Positions 50,121-60,203 of a stretch of 64,000 nucleotides of DNA are shown piece by piece; position 1 is the stretch's first letter; the number at the start of each line of letters is the position of its first letter. Below the pieces are notes generated by a model. It saw nothing but the letters and a program-made list of their open reading frames with translations. It was not told the DNA's origin and did not search any database. This DNA comes from Candidatus Obscuribacteraceae bacterium (GTDB lineage Bacteria; Cyanobacteriota; Vampirovibrionia; Obscuribacterales; Obscuribacteraceae). Where the stretch lies: assembly GCA_044226015.1 (NCBI GenBank), contig JBGAHS010000007.1:224001-288000 (forward strand), written 5' to 3'. The position numbers and the translations under genes were made by a program.

Positions 50121-51376
50121 TCCATCTCCATCTCAGGGCTTTCACTCGAATTAGCACTGTGCTTGCTGGCTTTGCTTCCCTGTGCTTTGCACCAGATGCG
50201 ATGCCTGCTAAGTGCTGCTTCTATATCTTCGAAATTGTCTGAACCAAATTTTTCAAGAACAGCTCTAGCCAGAACAAAAGCAGTCATAGCTTTTGCAACA
50301 ATAGATGCGGCTGGAACGGCGCAAACATCAGAACGCTCGTAGTGCGCTGTTTCTGCTTCATATTCAGGAAATGAAAGAGAAGGAAGTCCCTTGCGTAGTG
50401 TGGGAATTGGTTTCATATATGCTCTTATACGAAGGCGAGAACCGTTCGTCATGCCCCCTTCGATGCCGCCAGCATGATTTGTTTTGCGCGTGAATGGCAG
50501 CGCTGCATCAGGCTCAGCTTCGAAAAGAGCATCATGAACTTGTGAGCCCGGACGTGAGGCGCTTTCAAAACCGTCTCCGATTTCGACTGCTTTTATGGCT
50601 TGAATGCTCACTAAAGCTTGCGCCAGTTGCGCATCAATTTTTGCATCCCACTGAGTGTAACTGCCCAATCCGACTGGAAGCCCTTCGGCAATTACTTCTA
50701 CTACACCGCCGACACTGTCGCCGTCTTGCCAGGCTTGTTTAATATAGTCCTTCATTTTTTCTGCAGCATCTTTATCTGCGCAGAACATTTCCGAATTCTG
50801 AATCTGGGCTTCCAATTCTGTAAGCGACTGCGTTTCAGTGTCTAATTGACTTCTGACTGGTCCTACTGAAATTACGTGGCATAACAATCTGACGCCGAGA
50901 TGTTCAAGCAATTGCAAGCAGACCGCACCGGCTGCCACTCGCGAAGCCGTTTCTCTCGCGCTTGCTCGCTCAAGAACATCGCGAATGTCCTTTTGCTTGA
51001 ATTTTACTGAACCCGCCAAATCTGCGTGTCCTGGGCGAAAACGCCCAATCTTCTTTTTGCCTTCTTGTTCGAGAACTTCTGCTGAGCTTTCATCAACTGC
51101 ATGGCTAGACATAACGTGTTGCCAGTTGTCGAAATCGCGATTCTTGATCAGTAAACTTATTGGGGCACCAGTGGTGATACCATGACGGACGCCACCGATA
51201 GGCTCGGCCTTGTCAGTTTCAATTTTTTGACGGTTGCCCCTACCATAGCCCTGTTGCCTGAGCTGCAACTCTTTGTTAAGTAGCTCAATATCTAACTTCA
51301 TTCCTGAGGGGAAACCATCAAGCACAGCCACAAGAGCCTGTCCGTGTGATTCCCCAGTGCTTAGAAAGCGCAGCAT
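50117..51376 (-). CDS. aroC: Chorismate synthase
   Basis: GESHG, RPGHAD, ERASARETA, GGIEGGMTNG, ERSD. Confidence 0.97.
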   Translation of the reverse strand: MLRFLSTGESHGQALVAVLDGFPSGMKLDIELLNKELQLRQQGYGRGNRQKIETDKAEPIGGVRHGITTGAPISLLIKNRDFDNWQHVMSSHAVDESSAEVLEQEGKKKIGRFRPGHADLAGSVKFKQKDIRDVLERASARETASRVAAGAVCLQLLEHLGVRLLCHVISVGPVRSQLDTETQSLTELEAQIQNSEMFCADKDAAEKMKDYIKQAWQDGDSVGGVVEVIAEGLPVGLGSYTQWDAKIDAQLAQALVSIQAIKAVEIGDGFESASRPGSQVHDALFEAEPDAALPFTRKTNHAGGIEGGMTNGSRLRIRAYMKPIPTLRKGLPSLSFPEYEAETAHYERSDVCAVPAASIVAKAMTAFVLARAVLEKFGSDNFEDIEAALSRHRIWCKAQGSKASKHSANSSESPEMEME

Positions 51377-51482
51377 TTGTATTATCCAACTACCCTAATG
51401 TGGGGATTAATCTTACAATAAGTCCGCGGTTTGCTTGCGATTTGGGATGCCAAGATTGCGAGCCTGTAATTGTGAGTGAAGA

Positions 51483-52781
51483 ATGAGTGTATTGAAGGGC
51501 GCTTTACAAGTGCCGGGTGACAAGTCCATTTCGCACCGAGCGCTGATTTTTGCGGCGTTGTCAAAGGGGACTAGCAAGGTCTATGGACTTTCACCAGCTT
51601 ACGACTGCCTGAGCAGCGCCGATTGTCTCAAGCAGCTTGGTTTAAAGTTCGAACGACAGACTGCCTCTGGGAACGGCCGGAGGGAAGCCGCGCTGTTGGT
51701 TCACAGCCCTGGAATTGAATCACTTTCGGCTCCAGAAGCGGCTCTGTTTGCTGGAAACTCTGGTACAACAATTCGTCTGATGTCGGGGCTCGTTGCAGGA
51801 AAGAGTTTCAAGACCGAATTCGATGGCGATGAATCGCTCAGAAAGAGACCAATGGCACGTGTGCTTAAACAACTTCAGCTCATGGGGGCTTCGGTAGAGT
51901 ACTTAGATCGCGAAAACTATCCACCCTTTATAGTCCAAGGTGGAGAACTGAAAGGGCGCGAGTTCAAGCTGCAAGAAGCATCGGCTCAGGTTCAAACAGC
52001 ACTTCTTTTGGCCGGATTGCAAGCTGATGGTCGCACTCTTGTTGAATTGCCAAAAGCAGTCAGAGACCACACTGCTCGCATGTTCAAATATATTGGCGTG
52101 CCATTCGAACAGATTGGCGACACGGTAACTGCAGTGAGCCGCCTGCAAGAATCTGTTTCTCCGTACACAATCGATGTGCCTGCCGATATCTCTTCTGCTG
52201 CCTTTTTTATGGTAGCTGCAGCATGTTTGCCTGGCTCAGAACTGCTTCTCACCAATGTTTCTTTGAATCCAGGAAGAGATCTCGTGTACAAAGTTTTGAA
52301 AGAGCTTGGTGCAGATATTTCGATTGAAGATGAGCGTGAACTTTGTGGAGAGCCGATTGCAAATATTCTTGTAAAAGGGAAGAAACTAACTGGCAGCTCA
52401 AGAATTGACGCGGAAACCCTTGCCGCCGGCATTGATGAGATACCAATTCTGGCACTGGCTGCCGCGATGAGCGAAGCGAGTTTGGAAGTCAGCGATGCCA
52501 GTGAATTAAGAGTCAAGGAATCAGATAGGCTTGCAGCAATCGTCACAAATATGAAAGCCGCTGGAGCTGACATAAAAGAATATGATGATGGTTTTGCTAT
52601 TACAGGACGTGGTTTGATCAAAGGCGGGTGCACCTGGCATTCCTATGATGATCACCGAATGGCAATGACAGGACTCATCGCTGGATTGGTCGCGGAACAG
52701 GCTCTGGAAGTTGATAACGAGTCCTGTGTAGCGATTTCGTATCCAGATTTCTTGCAGGATCTTAAACGTCTAACTAAATGA
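51483..52781 (+). CDS. aroA: EPSP synthase
   Basis: PGDKSISHR, GNSGTT, SAQV, ELRVKESDR, DDHRMAM. Confidence 0.97.
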   Translation: MSVLKGALQVPGDKSISHRALIFAALSKGTSKVYGLSPAYDCLSSADCLKQLGLKFERQTASGNGRREAALLVHSPGIESLSAPEAALFAGNSGTTIRLMSGLVAGKSFKTEFDGDESLRKRPMARVLKQLQLMGASVEYLDRENYPPFIVQGGELKGREFKLQEASAQVQTALLLAGLQADGRTLVELPKAVRDHTARMFKYIGVPFEQIGDTVTAVSRLQESVSPYTIDVPADISSAAFFMVAAACLPGSELLLTNVSLNPGRDLVYKVLKELGADISIEDERELCGEPIANILVKGKKLTGSSRIDAETLAAGIDEIPILALAAAMSEASLEVSDASELRVKESDRLAAIVTNMKAAGADIKEYDDGFAITGRGLIKGGCTWHSYDDHRMAMTGLIAGLVAEQALEVDNESCVAISYPDFLQDLKRLTK

Positions 52782-52788
52782 GATAACC

Positions 52789-53655
52789 ATGAAGTCAGGA
52801 CGAAAATACTGGCTCAGCATACTGTTAGGCATTGTGCTTGCCTCGGCTGGTTTGTATCTTTTCCTGCCCGCACTGATCTCAAACAATACGATGGATTTGT
52901 CTCGCGCTGATGAAATGCCGGACTTTAAACAGACGAATAATGCCTTTGCATTTCCAGGTAAAGGTCTCAAGTACTGCGCACCAGTAGTGGTGCTCGATGC
53001 CTTTGTCTATTTGCAAAGGCATGGATATGCGGCACTCATTGCGTCCCAAGGAAAAGAGTCGCTCGCCGCTCAGTCTGTCACGCGAATTGCAGAATGCATG
53101 GGCACAAGTGACTCCACGGGAACCAGCACCGAACAGTTCCTGGAAGGCGTGCAGACTTACATAAAGAAGTTTACTCCCTATCGTATTGCTTCTTTGAGAT
53201 ACGCGGGCTGGAACCGACATCAGAAGGAGTTTGACGCAAAAAAGCAAGTTCCTGATTTGCAATGGCTCAAGGATGGCATTAAGGGTGATAGAGCTGAGTG
53301 GCTGAATATTGGCTGGTATAAGTTCGACCCAAAGAATAAAGACTATATTCGAGAAGACGGACATTGGGTCGTGCTTGCCGGATATGGAATGAATTTCAGT
53401 GGCGCTGCCGACGAACAAACTCTAATAGTCAAAGATCCGAATCCTGTAGCGGGTAATGTTTCAAGAAAAATCTTTATTGAATTGCAAGCACTGCAGGAAG
53501 GCAGTCTGAAAGGTCCTCATGAAGGTTTACCTCGCGATGCAAGTGGATACCTTTTCATAAAATCACAGAGTGATCCAATGGACACTCAGAAGAGAATCGG
53601 CATCATTGATGGTGCGGTCGTATTGGAGCTGATGCCAGCTTTTGTTAAGCGCTGA
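52789..53655 (+). CDS. Membrane-anchored papain-like (C39-like) cysteine peptidase, putative
   Basis: Q...YCAP, GHWVVLAGYG and KDP give a plausible Cys-His-Asp triad. Confidence 0.65.
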   Translation: MKSGRKYWLSILLGIVLASAGLYLFLPALISNNTMDLSRADEMPDFKQTNNAFAFPGKGLKYCAPVVVLDAFVYLQRHGYAALIASQGKESLAAQSVTRIAECMGTSDSTGTSTEQFLEGVQTYIKKFTPYRIASLRYAGWNRHQKEFDAKKQVPDLQWLKDGIKGDRAEWLNIGWYKFDPKNKDYIREDGHWVVLAGYGMNFSGAADEQTLIVKDPNPVAGNVSRKIFIELQALQEGSLKGPHEGLPRDASGYLFIKSQSDPMDTQKRIGIIDGAVVLELMPAFVKR

Positions 53656-53662
53656 ATCAGTG

Positions 53663-54439
53663 CTAACGCTTCTTCGTTCGACTGGAACTCGGTTTTGATT
53701 TACTCTGTGTGCTGCTTGGTTTCTTTGTGCTGGTCTTTGCCGCCGCGGCTTTAGTTGTTTTTTTCTTGCCATTGCGTTCGCCACTTGTATGAACTATCAC
53801 TCCGTGTGCGCCTTTTCTCAAGGGAACTGTTTTGACAAGTTCGCCATGATCTTTATACTTTGTTGTGCGCCCGAAGTCACTGGCTTTTACTTCGATGATA
53901 TCGAGCGGTTCGCGGCAGTAAATACAAAAATGGCAGGCAGCTTCAAGAGAGAGTCTTACTAATTCTCCCGCATCGTCAACAGTGTCGTAAAGCGCATATA
54001 AGCAGCCAAGCGAGTAATCTGACCCTGCACCTTTGGCTACGTATTGTGGGTATTCAGTGACTGTCATGTTGTTGGAAATGCCATAAATGGCTTTATCCGT
54101 CACTACAAGAAAGACGTTGTAGATGCCAGCGTAGGTGTCTTTTCCAGTATCCGTTAAAGTGTATTGTTTTTTCAGCTCTGTATACAGCTCAAGAAAAAAT
54201 TGGAATACGTCAGAGCGGCTTGCAAATTTATTGTCCATAACCTTGTGATTATTTGCATGCATATGTTCCAAGACATTGTCCAGCAGCGTGTATCCGCTGG
54301 TTGCTAGATAGGCATGCTTCAATTTGATGATCTTGCCGCCATTGACCAGGTTAGTGAAATACTCCTGCCCAAACGTGGTGATTCTGTCAGCTCCCAGAAA
54401 CACCCGTCCATTTTTTTTGACGGCTACGAGAATGGTCAT
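53663..54439 (-). CDS. Proteasome-beta/HslV-like Ntn hydrolase with a basic C-terminal tail
   Basis: GGAGG SD before ATG 54439; MTILVAVKKNGRVFLGAD (Thr1, Asp17), KII, GAGSDYSLG. Confidence 0.8.
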   Translation of the reverse strand: MTILVAVKKNGRVFLGADRITTFGQEYFTNLVNGGKIIKLKHAYLATSGYTLLDNVLEHMHANNHKVMDNKFASRSDVFQFFLELYTELKKQYTLTDTGKDTYAGIYNVFLVVTDKAIYGISNNMTVTEYPQYVAKGAGSDYSLGCLYALYDTVDDAGELVRLSLEAACHFCIYCREPLDIIEVKASDFGRTTKYKDHGELVKTVPLRKGAHGVIVHTSGERNGKKKTTKAAAAKTSTKKPSSTQSKSKPSSSRTKKR

Positions 54440-54596
54440 GAAAAAATTGCCTCCGCTGGCGTCTCTCCAAAGTAAATTTTGCCTCGCCATCGCGGGCTGT
54501 TAACACCGTTTCTTCCCTATATTAAAGTAGTAATGCTGTCCTGCATGCATTAATGGGCTAGTCAAAGTAGAATAATAGGTGACTGGAGACTTCAAA

Positions 54597-55301
54597 ATGC
54601 AAATGCTTGCGAAATTATCGACCCACCTGATTCTGTTGTTGATCTGCTCTCAAGCGGCGCTGGCACAGCAGCCTCAGTCTAATTTCTCGCAACCCGGCAA
54701 CCCACCGGGCAATGAGTCGCCGTTTCCGCCAGTAGAGGTCGAGGGAAATTATGGTGGTGGTCAGCCCATGATGCCAGTTCAGGGAGCAAATCCGCAGTCT
54801 TACGGCTATGCGCCCCAGCCTTCGATGGCAGCCAAACCTAATCCGCAAGCAGCGGCTAAAGTTTTTCAGTGGTTTCTCAAATATGACGAAATAAGACGAC
54901 GGTCACAGATGAACCCAATAGAGAAACAGCAGGCAGATGCCTTGTTGGCTCGGGGATTTGGACTATTTATGCCAGCTCAGGATAAGGCAGCCGCTCGTCA
55001 ACTTTTAGGTGATCTCATAAATCGTTATAACCTTGCGACCCAATCATTGCGAGCGTTGCCGGCTCTCCCAGAGACTAAGGTTCTGAAAGATGAATACCTG
55101 GGATATTTTGAAAACGCAAAGCAGCTATTCATTGACTATTTGAAAGTGCAAGACAATTTGTTTGCTGTTGATAACAACGGTCAGTCAATTGCAAAGCAGC
55201 TTATTCAAAGAAAAATGTTGCTGGAAAACATTGAACGCAGTAGCAAGGACATTGATTATCAGATGCGACAGGCTTATGGTATAGCGCCTTATCAGTATTA
55301 G
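54597..55301 (+). CDS. Exported hypothetical helical protein
   Basis: GGAG SD, signal peptide ending ALA-Q, Pro/Gln-rich linker. Confidence 0.8.
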   Translation: MQMLAKLSTHLILLLICSQAALAQQPQSNFSQPGNPPGNESPFPPVEVEGNYGGGQPMMPVQGANPQSYGYAPQPSMAAKPNPQAAAKVFQWFLKYDEIRRRSQMNPIEKQQADALLARGFGLFMPAQDKAAARQLLGDLINRYNLATQSLRALPALPETKVLKDEYLGYFENAKQLFIDYLKVQDNLFAVDNNGQSIAKQLIQRKMLLENIERSSKDIDYQMRQAYGIAPYQY

Positions 55302-55571
55302 CCCTCATCAGTATTAGCCTCTTACCGGTATTAACCTCTATTGCCAATCGTATATACGATGCGCCTGTGATGAGCTCGGGCGTAATCGAACTGGCAAATT
55401 TTTTCAAGATAATTTCAGATCTTATCTGTCATTATGAAAGAGTACTGATTGATTTCCAAATAGTTCTTGCTTCCCAGCACGCAGCGCAACTTAATACATA
55501 ACGAGAGAAACAGTTCGTTTTCAGATTTGAAAACGCTGTGTCTATGTATTGCACAAACAGGAGAACACGAG

Positions 55572-55796
55572 ATGGCTGAGAATTTTTCTGCCGACATTTT
55601 CACGCTGAGTAAGCGCGAACTCGAGGTTATAAGACTTCTGGTGAAGGGATACGGCAACAAAGAGATTGCCATGGAACTTGGACTTAGCATTGATACAATC
55701 AAGACTCACCTTAAAAGTATTTTTCTCAAGTTGCAGGTAAAAGGTCGAACACAGGCCGCAGTCAAGGTCGTTGAATCGGGGTTCTTGCTCGGTTAA
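55572..55796 (+). CDS. Stand-alone LuxR/GerE-type HTH regulator
   Basis: LSKRELEVIRLLVKGYGNKEIAMELGLSIDTIKTHLKSIFLKL; AGGAG SD before ATG 55572. Confidence 0.92.
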   Translation: MAENFSADIFTLSKRELEVIRLLVKGYGNKEIAMELGLSIDTIKTHLKSIFLKLQVKGRTQAAVKVVESGFLLG

Positions 55797-55835
55797 GAAT
55801 AATCTCGTTGGAAGCGGTCGCGCTTTTACGCACTT

Positions 55836-56498
55836 TTACTGCGCGCCTTCATGATCGCGCTTCCAAATTTGCTCTGAGATTGTGCCCTGCTTTGCCTCAT
55901 CTTCCATAAAATGAAACAACATTCGCTGCTCTTCATCGTGAGCAATCGTCAGACCTGAGTCCGCTGGTAAAGTTTGCAGGTTGCCCGCAGCTCGCCACCA
56001 CAGCTCGTTTGCATCTTGAACTGACTCGTGCGCCCAGAGCACTTTGTATTTGCCTTCTTGCTTGCTAAATTCCGCCGAGTTTTCTTTCCACCAACTAAAA
56101 GCGAAATCTACTCTTTTTGAGTATGGAACATATGATTTGAAGTTGGATACCAGATCTTCATTGAACTGAACCATCCAATTGTGATACGCGATTGCGAAAT
56201 CAGCCTTTTGAGAGGGGCTTATTTTGCGGTAGAACGACTTTAGAATTCTCGGTTCTTGCCCAAAATACCAGCCATCCTCGACGGTGTTGTCGGCAGCCGC
56301 AGCCAGCTTAGCAATTTGCTCGTGATACTTTTCGCTTTCTGCGCCTACCAGTTTGCTGCCGTGTTCAGTAGCAGACGCTTGTTTTGATTCCGTCTTTGTC
56401 TGCGTCTGCGATTTTGTCTGCTCATCAGCCGCTTTCTCGCTGCAAGCAGAGAGGACAAGCGCGCTGACTACAAATATGGAAAGGATGCGAAAGGTCAT
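55836..56498 (-). CDS. Hypothetical lipoprotein
   Basis: Lipobox LSAC after a hydrophobic signal. Confidence 0.8.
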   Translation of the reverse strand: MTFRILSIFVVSALVLSACSEKAADEQTKSQTQTKTESKQASATEHGSKLVGAESEKYHEQIAKLAAAADNTVEDGWYFGQEPRILKSFYRKISPSQKADFAIAYHNWMVQFNEDLVSNFKSYVPYSKRVDFAFSWWKENSAEFSKQEGKYKVLWAHESVQDANELWWRAAGNLQTLPADSGLTIAHDEEQRMLFHFMEDEAKQGTISEQIWKRDHEGAQ

Positions 56499-56649
56499 GC
56501 AATAAGTCTCAATCTTCCTCTAAGTTTAGCAGGACTGCATTTAATCTTTTTGACCGAAACTTAATTCTTTTGTCTGTGTAATGGATATCGTGGACGGAAT
56601 ATTGCCGCTTCACCCAAACAACAACTAATGCAGAAAAGGAGCTTTTGAA

Positions 56650-57183
56650 ATGACATTTACAAAGAAAAAGAAGTGGCTGTTGGCTGTTTCAATGATTGTA
56701 TCCGTACCCCTACTGGTGGGATTCGCAGCGCCGACCCTTGCTGGAAATGCCACAGCGGCGCCGCTAATCGATAAAGACTTTGAAACTGCTTTGCGGAAAT
56801 TTGTTAGCAAGAGATTTTTCAGCAGAATAAATGCAAGCGATGAACAGCGCGACAAATTATCGAAGATCATGACAGAAACAGCGGATGAAACACGACCTGC
56901 TAGAGAAGAGTTGCGCCAGGGACTTTTGTCTCTGAATAACATGATGTCAGACGAAAAGAGCTCTGACGAAATGATTAAAGCAAAGGTTCAGGAATTAAGA
57001 GCTCTTCGAGAAAAAGTGCAAGACAAGAGAATGTCAGCCCTTTTGGAGGCCAGAAAAATACTCAGCTCTGAACAAAAACAGCAAATACATTCTCGCATCA
57101 ACGATTTGCTCACAGGCAATATCAAAGCTCGGAGACTAGGACTTCTCATGCAAGGCGGAGATATGGTTGCTCTCGATCAATAA
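56650..57183 (+). CDS. Spy/CpxP-family periplasmic protein
   Basis: Signal peptide and LTxxQ-like motifs (ASDEQRDKL; LSSEQKQ). Confidence 0.85.
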   Translation: MTFTKKKKWLLAVSMIVSVPLLVGFAAPTLAGNATAAPLIDKDFETALRKFVSKRFFSRINASDEQRDKLSKIMTETADETRPAREELRQGLLSLNNMMSDEKSSDEMIKAKVQELRALREKVQDKRMSALLEARKILSSEQKQQIHSRINDLLTGNIKARRLGLLMQGGDMVALDQ

Positions 57184-57234
57184 TTTTTGAGTACGACTTC
57201 TGCTTGGAATTTCACTCTTTGTGGGAAATTATTT

Positions 57235-57870
57235 ATGCACGGGCCCGCTAGCATAACAACTTTGCTTAATGGAGAAAAAGGCTTGGCCGCCGCTGATATC
57301 GACAAGCTAACTGATAATGATTTGATTGCTCGAACTCTGTCCGGGCAGAAGAAAGCTTTTGAAGTTATTGTTCGCCGTTATCAGAAACTGGTTTACAACG
57401 TAATTTATCAAATGGTTCAGTCTCATGAAAGTACTGCCGACCTGACGCAAGATACCTTCTACAAGGCTTACAAGAATCTAGGCGGCTTTCGAAACAATGC
57501 AAACCTGAAGCCATGGTTGCTGAAAATTGCATCCAACACGACTTTAAACTTTATTCGAGATAGCAAAAGCAGATATTTTGATTCGCTCGAAGAACTACTG
57601 GAGGAAAGTCCACAGGCAGAGCCCTCTAGTAAAGAATCTCTTGAGGAAGAAGTCGAGCAGCGCTTTTCACAGCTCATGCTCACCGAGGCTCTGAACCATC
57701 TATCACCTCGACATCGGCAGATTTTTGTTCTGCGATATCAACATGACCTTTCCTATCAGGATATAGCGTCTGTGGTGGATGAGAGCGAGAGTGCCATAAA
57801 ATCAATTCTGTTTCGAATCAGAGAAAAGTTGCGGAAGATTTTGGTTGATACACAAAAAGTACAGAGTTAG
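57235..57870 (+). CDS. ECF RNA polymerase sigma factor
   Basis: Region 2 (AFEVIVRRYQ, DLTQDTF, WLLKIASN) and region 4 (LSYQDIA, IKSILFRIREKL). Start uncertain (TTG 57283 possible). Confidence 0.93.
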   Translation: MHGPASITTLLNGEKGLAAADIDKLTDNDLIARTLSGQKKAFEVIVRRYQKLVYNVIYQMVQSHESTADLTQDTFYKAYKNLGGFRNNANLKPWLLKIASNTTLNFIRDSKSRYFDSLEELLEESPQAEPSSKESLEEEVEQRFSQLMLTEALNHLSPRHRQIFVLRYQHDLSYQDIASVVDESESAIKSILFRIREKLRKILVDTQKVQS

Positions 57871-57876
57871 AATTCG

Positions 57877-58317
57877 GTGAGGGTGGAACTAATGGAAGCC
57901 AATGACAAATTTGATTGCTCTTGTTTTTTAGAGCTATTTGAAAAGCAAGAAATCGGACTGACTCTTAACAGTAGCCAGAAAGCAATGTTCGACCAACACA
58001 GTCAGGAATGTAAGTCTTGCCTGGCTATTTTGACTCAGCACTCGAATATTATAGAAATGGCTTCCTCCCTGCCTCAGTTCGATGTGTCGGAAGGGCTAAC
58101 CCAGAAGATTTTGGAAAAGGTTGAGAAACAATCAACTCCTGGAATTGAAACGTCACTATTGCCAATTGGAGTCTTCGCAGCGTTTCTCTATTTTATTCTT
58201 CTTCCTTTTGATTCTTTGCAAAGCGTATTGGGATGGGGCGCCAGTCTGGTTGGTCTTTTCGGTCTACAAATGCTGATGCAGTCGGCTAATTCACAGGAAA
58301 CGATCAGCTTAAAATGA
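57877..58317 (+). CDS. Zinc-binding (ZAS) anti-sigma factor with two TM helices
   Basis: HSQECKSC (HxxxCxxC), directly downstream of the ECF sigma. Confidence 0.85.
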   Translation: MRVELMEANDKFDCSCFLELFEKQEIGLTLNSSQKAMFDQHSQECKSCLAILTQHSNIIEMASSLPQFDVSEGLTQKILEKVEKQSTPGIETSLLPIGVFAAFLYFILLPFDSLQSVLGWGASLVGLFGLQMLMQSANSQETISLK

Positions 58318-59141
58318 GGAAAGACTTGCATCAACTAAGGTTTTTTTTCGTGGCATTTGCACTTCTTAGCTGCCAGTTTTTCTTGACACCTGATATGGTG
58401 CATGCGCAAGGAGCCCCAAGCGAGTTGACGCCAAATACCTCTTCTTCCGATCAGGCTGCTGGGTCAGATCAACAGGGATTATTTTTCGCATTTTTGAGTG
58501 AGGATAAGCAGGTCCTTGATGGACCACTTGTTCAAATCCTGAAAGACAAGCCTGTAATCAGAGACATGATATCTCCACGTGATAAGGTCGCAAGAAAGTA
58601 CAGACCCATGCTTCAGTGGAAACGCTGGGCTGATAAAACGCAAAGGCTAATACCATCCTTATTCTTAATTGGTATAGTGAGCTTTTTTTGCTGGTCTCTT
58701 TTCCCCGTCAAGTTTCTGTCAGCTGTGAGTGAGTCAAAAACTAGTTATTGGCGATGTTTTGGAACTGGCGTACTGATTCTTGCATTCTCTTCTATGTTTG
58801 CTCGCGCTGTATTCATTACTGAGATTGGATGGCCGTTGGGTATTCTAATTACTGGTCTAACTCAGGGGATTTTACTTGCTGGATTGTCGGTTGTTGTGTA
58901 CAACCTTGGGCATTCAACCTTGCTTTTAACTCGACTATCGAAGCTGAGTTTGTTTTCAGAAAATCCCTCCAGAGCAAGGGTTTGTGAGCTTTTACTAGGT
59001 ACCCTGCTGGCAGCCTTGATTCTTAAAATACCTGAACTAGGTCCGCTGCCTCAGTTGGGAACCAGACTGATCTCTTTCTTTGCCCTGCTTGGGGCAGGGG
59101 CTCTTTTTAGAATTTGGAAGAAAGAAACGAGTAAGTCCTGA
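58314..59141 (+). CDS. Multi-pass membrane protein
   Basis: Signal-like N-terminus plus about 5 TM segments; ATGA overlap with the anti-sigma gene. Confidence 0.8.
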   Translation: MRKDLHQLRFFFVAFALLSCQFFLTPDMVHAQGAPSELTPNTSSSDQAAGSDQQGLFFAFLSEDKQVLDGPLVQILKDKPVIRDMISPRDKVARKYRPMLQWKRWADKTQRLIPSLFLIGIVSFFCWSLFPVKFLSAVSESKTSYWRCFGTGVLILAFSSMFARAVFITEIGWPLGILITGLTQGILLAGLSVVVYNLGHSTLLLTRLSKLSLFSENPSRARVCELLLGTLLAALILKIPELGPLPQLGTRLISFFALLGAGALFRIWKKETSKS

Positions 59142-59222
59142 GCAAAATTATTCTTCTCCTGTTGTACGATAGGAGGGTAGACAGATTTCGTTGCCAAGAT
59201 TTTGGTTGGGGGCTTTTCGAAA

Positions 59223-60131
59223 ATGAATCAGAAGAAGTTTTCTGGTCTAAGCAGAATTCTTGCGTCTATTTCCATCAGCGGATTACTTTCTGCTTGTGGG
59301 GGGTCTTCGGAATCGGGAAACAACCTTCTGGATATAGGTTTTAACAGTAAGGCTCCAGAAAAAGTAAGTATTACTGTTAATGGTTTGATGAGCTACAACG
59401 GCAGAACTGTGGATGATTTGAGTTCTCACAGAGTGAAGTTTGTATCTGAGCACCCTGAATTGTTGAAGTCGCCGTACAAGCAGACTGCGGAGGTTTTTTC
59501 CTTTGATGGAAAGAGCCCCTGGTGGGGAATTAAGGGACACATGTTTCAGGGCGCAGGTATAGACAAAACAGAGGGACCATCAAGAGAATCTGTGTATTAC
59601 GGCAATCCACTTCTATTGGTTAGTCCAGAATGGTATGGAAGCAACATGCACTGGTCGGGCAACCGTTTTCCAAATCAGAAAGCATTTGCGGATGTCTTTC
59701 CTACTTATTTGCCACCAGTAAGTGCAACTTTCTATCCGAAGGAAAAGAGAGAAGAAATAGTTTACGACTGTATGAAATACTACAACGATGTCAAAGCCTT
59801 ACTAAACGGAAACTGGCCAATGTCAGAAATCACTTTCGATGTTCGCGCCTACAATGCCCGAGACTTTGGTTACAACTACATTTATGTTGATGCAAATAAA
59901 TGCACAAACCTCGCTAAGCTTCCACCAAACATCATTACTATAAATCAGCAAATCACAACAAAGACAAGAAATACTTGTGGTCCATCCTGCAACGACATGG
60001 ATACGCCGGACGAATTGACAGGATTTAAGCTGAAGGCATTACCTGCAAAATGCAGCTTTGCATTGTGGAAAAAGAAGCCTGATACTTACCTGCAATCACC
60101 AGATCTCAGAGTTGATTTCATCTGTAATTGA
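59223..60131 (+). CDS. Hypothetical lipoprotein
   Basis: Lipobox LSAC-GG. Confidence 0.8.
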   Translation: MNQKKFSGLSRILASISISGLLSACGGSSESGNNLLDIGFNSKAPEKVSITVNGLMSYNGRTVDDLSSHRVKFVSEHPELLKSPYKQTAEVFSFDGKSPWWGIKGHMFQGAGIDKTEGPSRESVYYGNPLLLVSPEWYGSNMHWSGNRFPNQKAFADVFPTYLPPVSATFYPKEKREEIVYDCMKYYNDVKALLNGNWPMSEITFDVRAYNARDFGYNYIYVDANKCTNLAKLPPNIITINQQITTKTRNTCGPSCNDMDTPDELTGFKLKALPAKCSFALWKKKPDTYLQSPDLRVDFICN

Positions 60132-60145
60132 TTATCATATCGAAA

Positions 60146-60197
60146 CTTAGCGACTCTAAGCTCAGCACATCGGGCTTAGCGACTCGGGCTTAGCGAC
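60146..60197. repeat. Short direct repeats (TCGGGCTTAGCGAC x2, CTTAGCGAC x3)
   Basis: Directly visible between convergent genes. Confidence 0.8.
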
Positions 60198-60203
60198 AGT
60201 TTC

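Noticed and set aside
51377..51482. Aromatic leader peptide or attenuator between aroC and aroA
   Set aside because: No Phe/Tyr/Trp-rich short ORF or terminator hairpin was found in this short divergent gap.
51992..52633. 213-aa ORF antisense to aroA, and similar long antisense ORFs elsewhere
   Set aside because: Fully nested opposite well-conserved genes; expected from codon bias.
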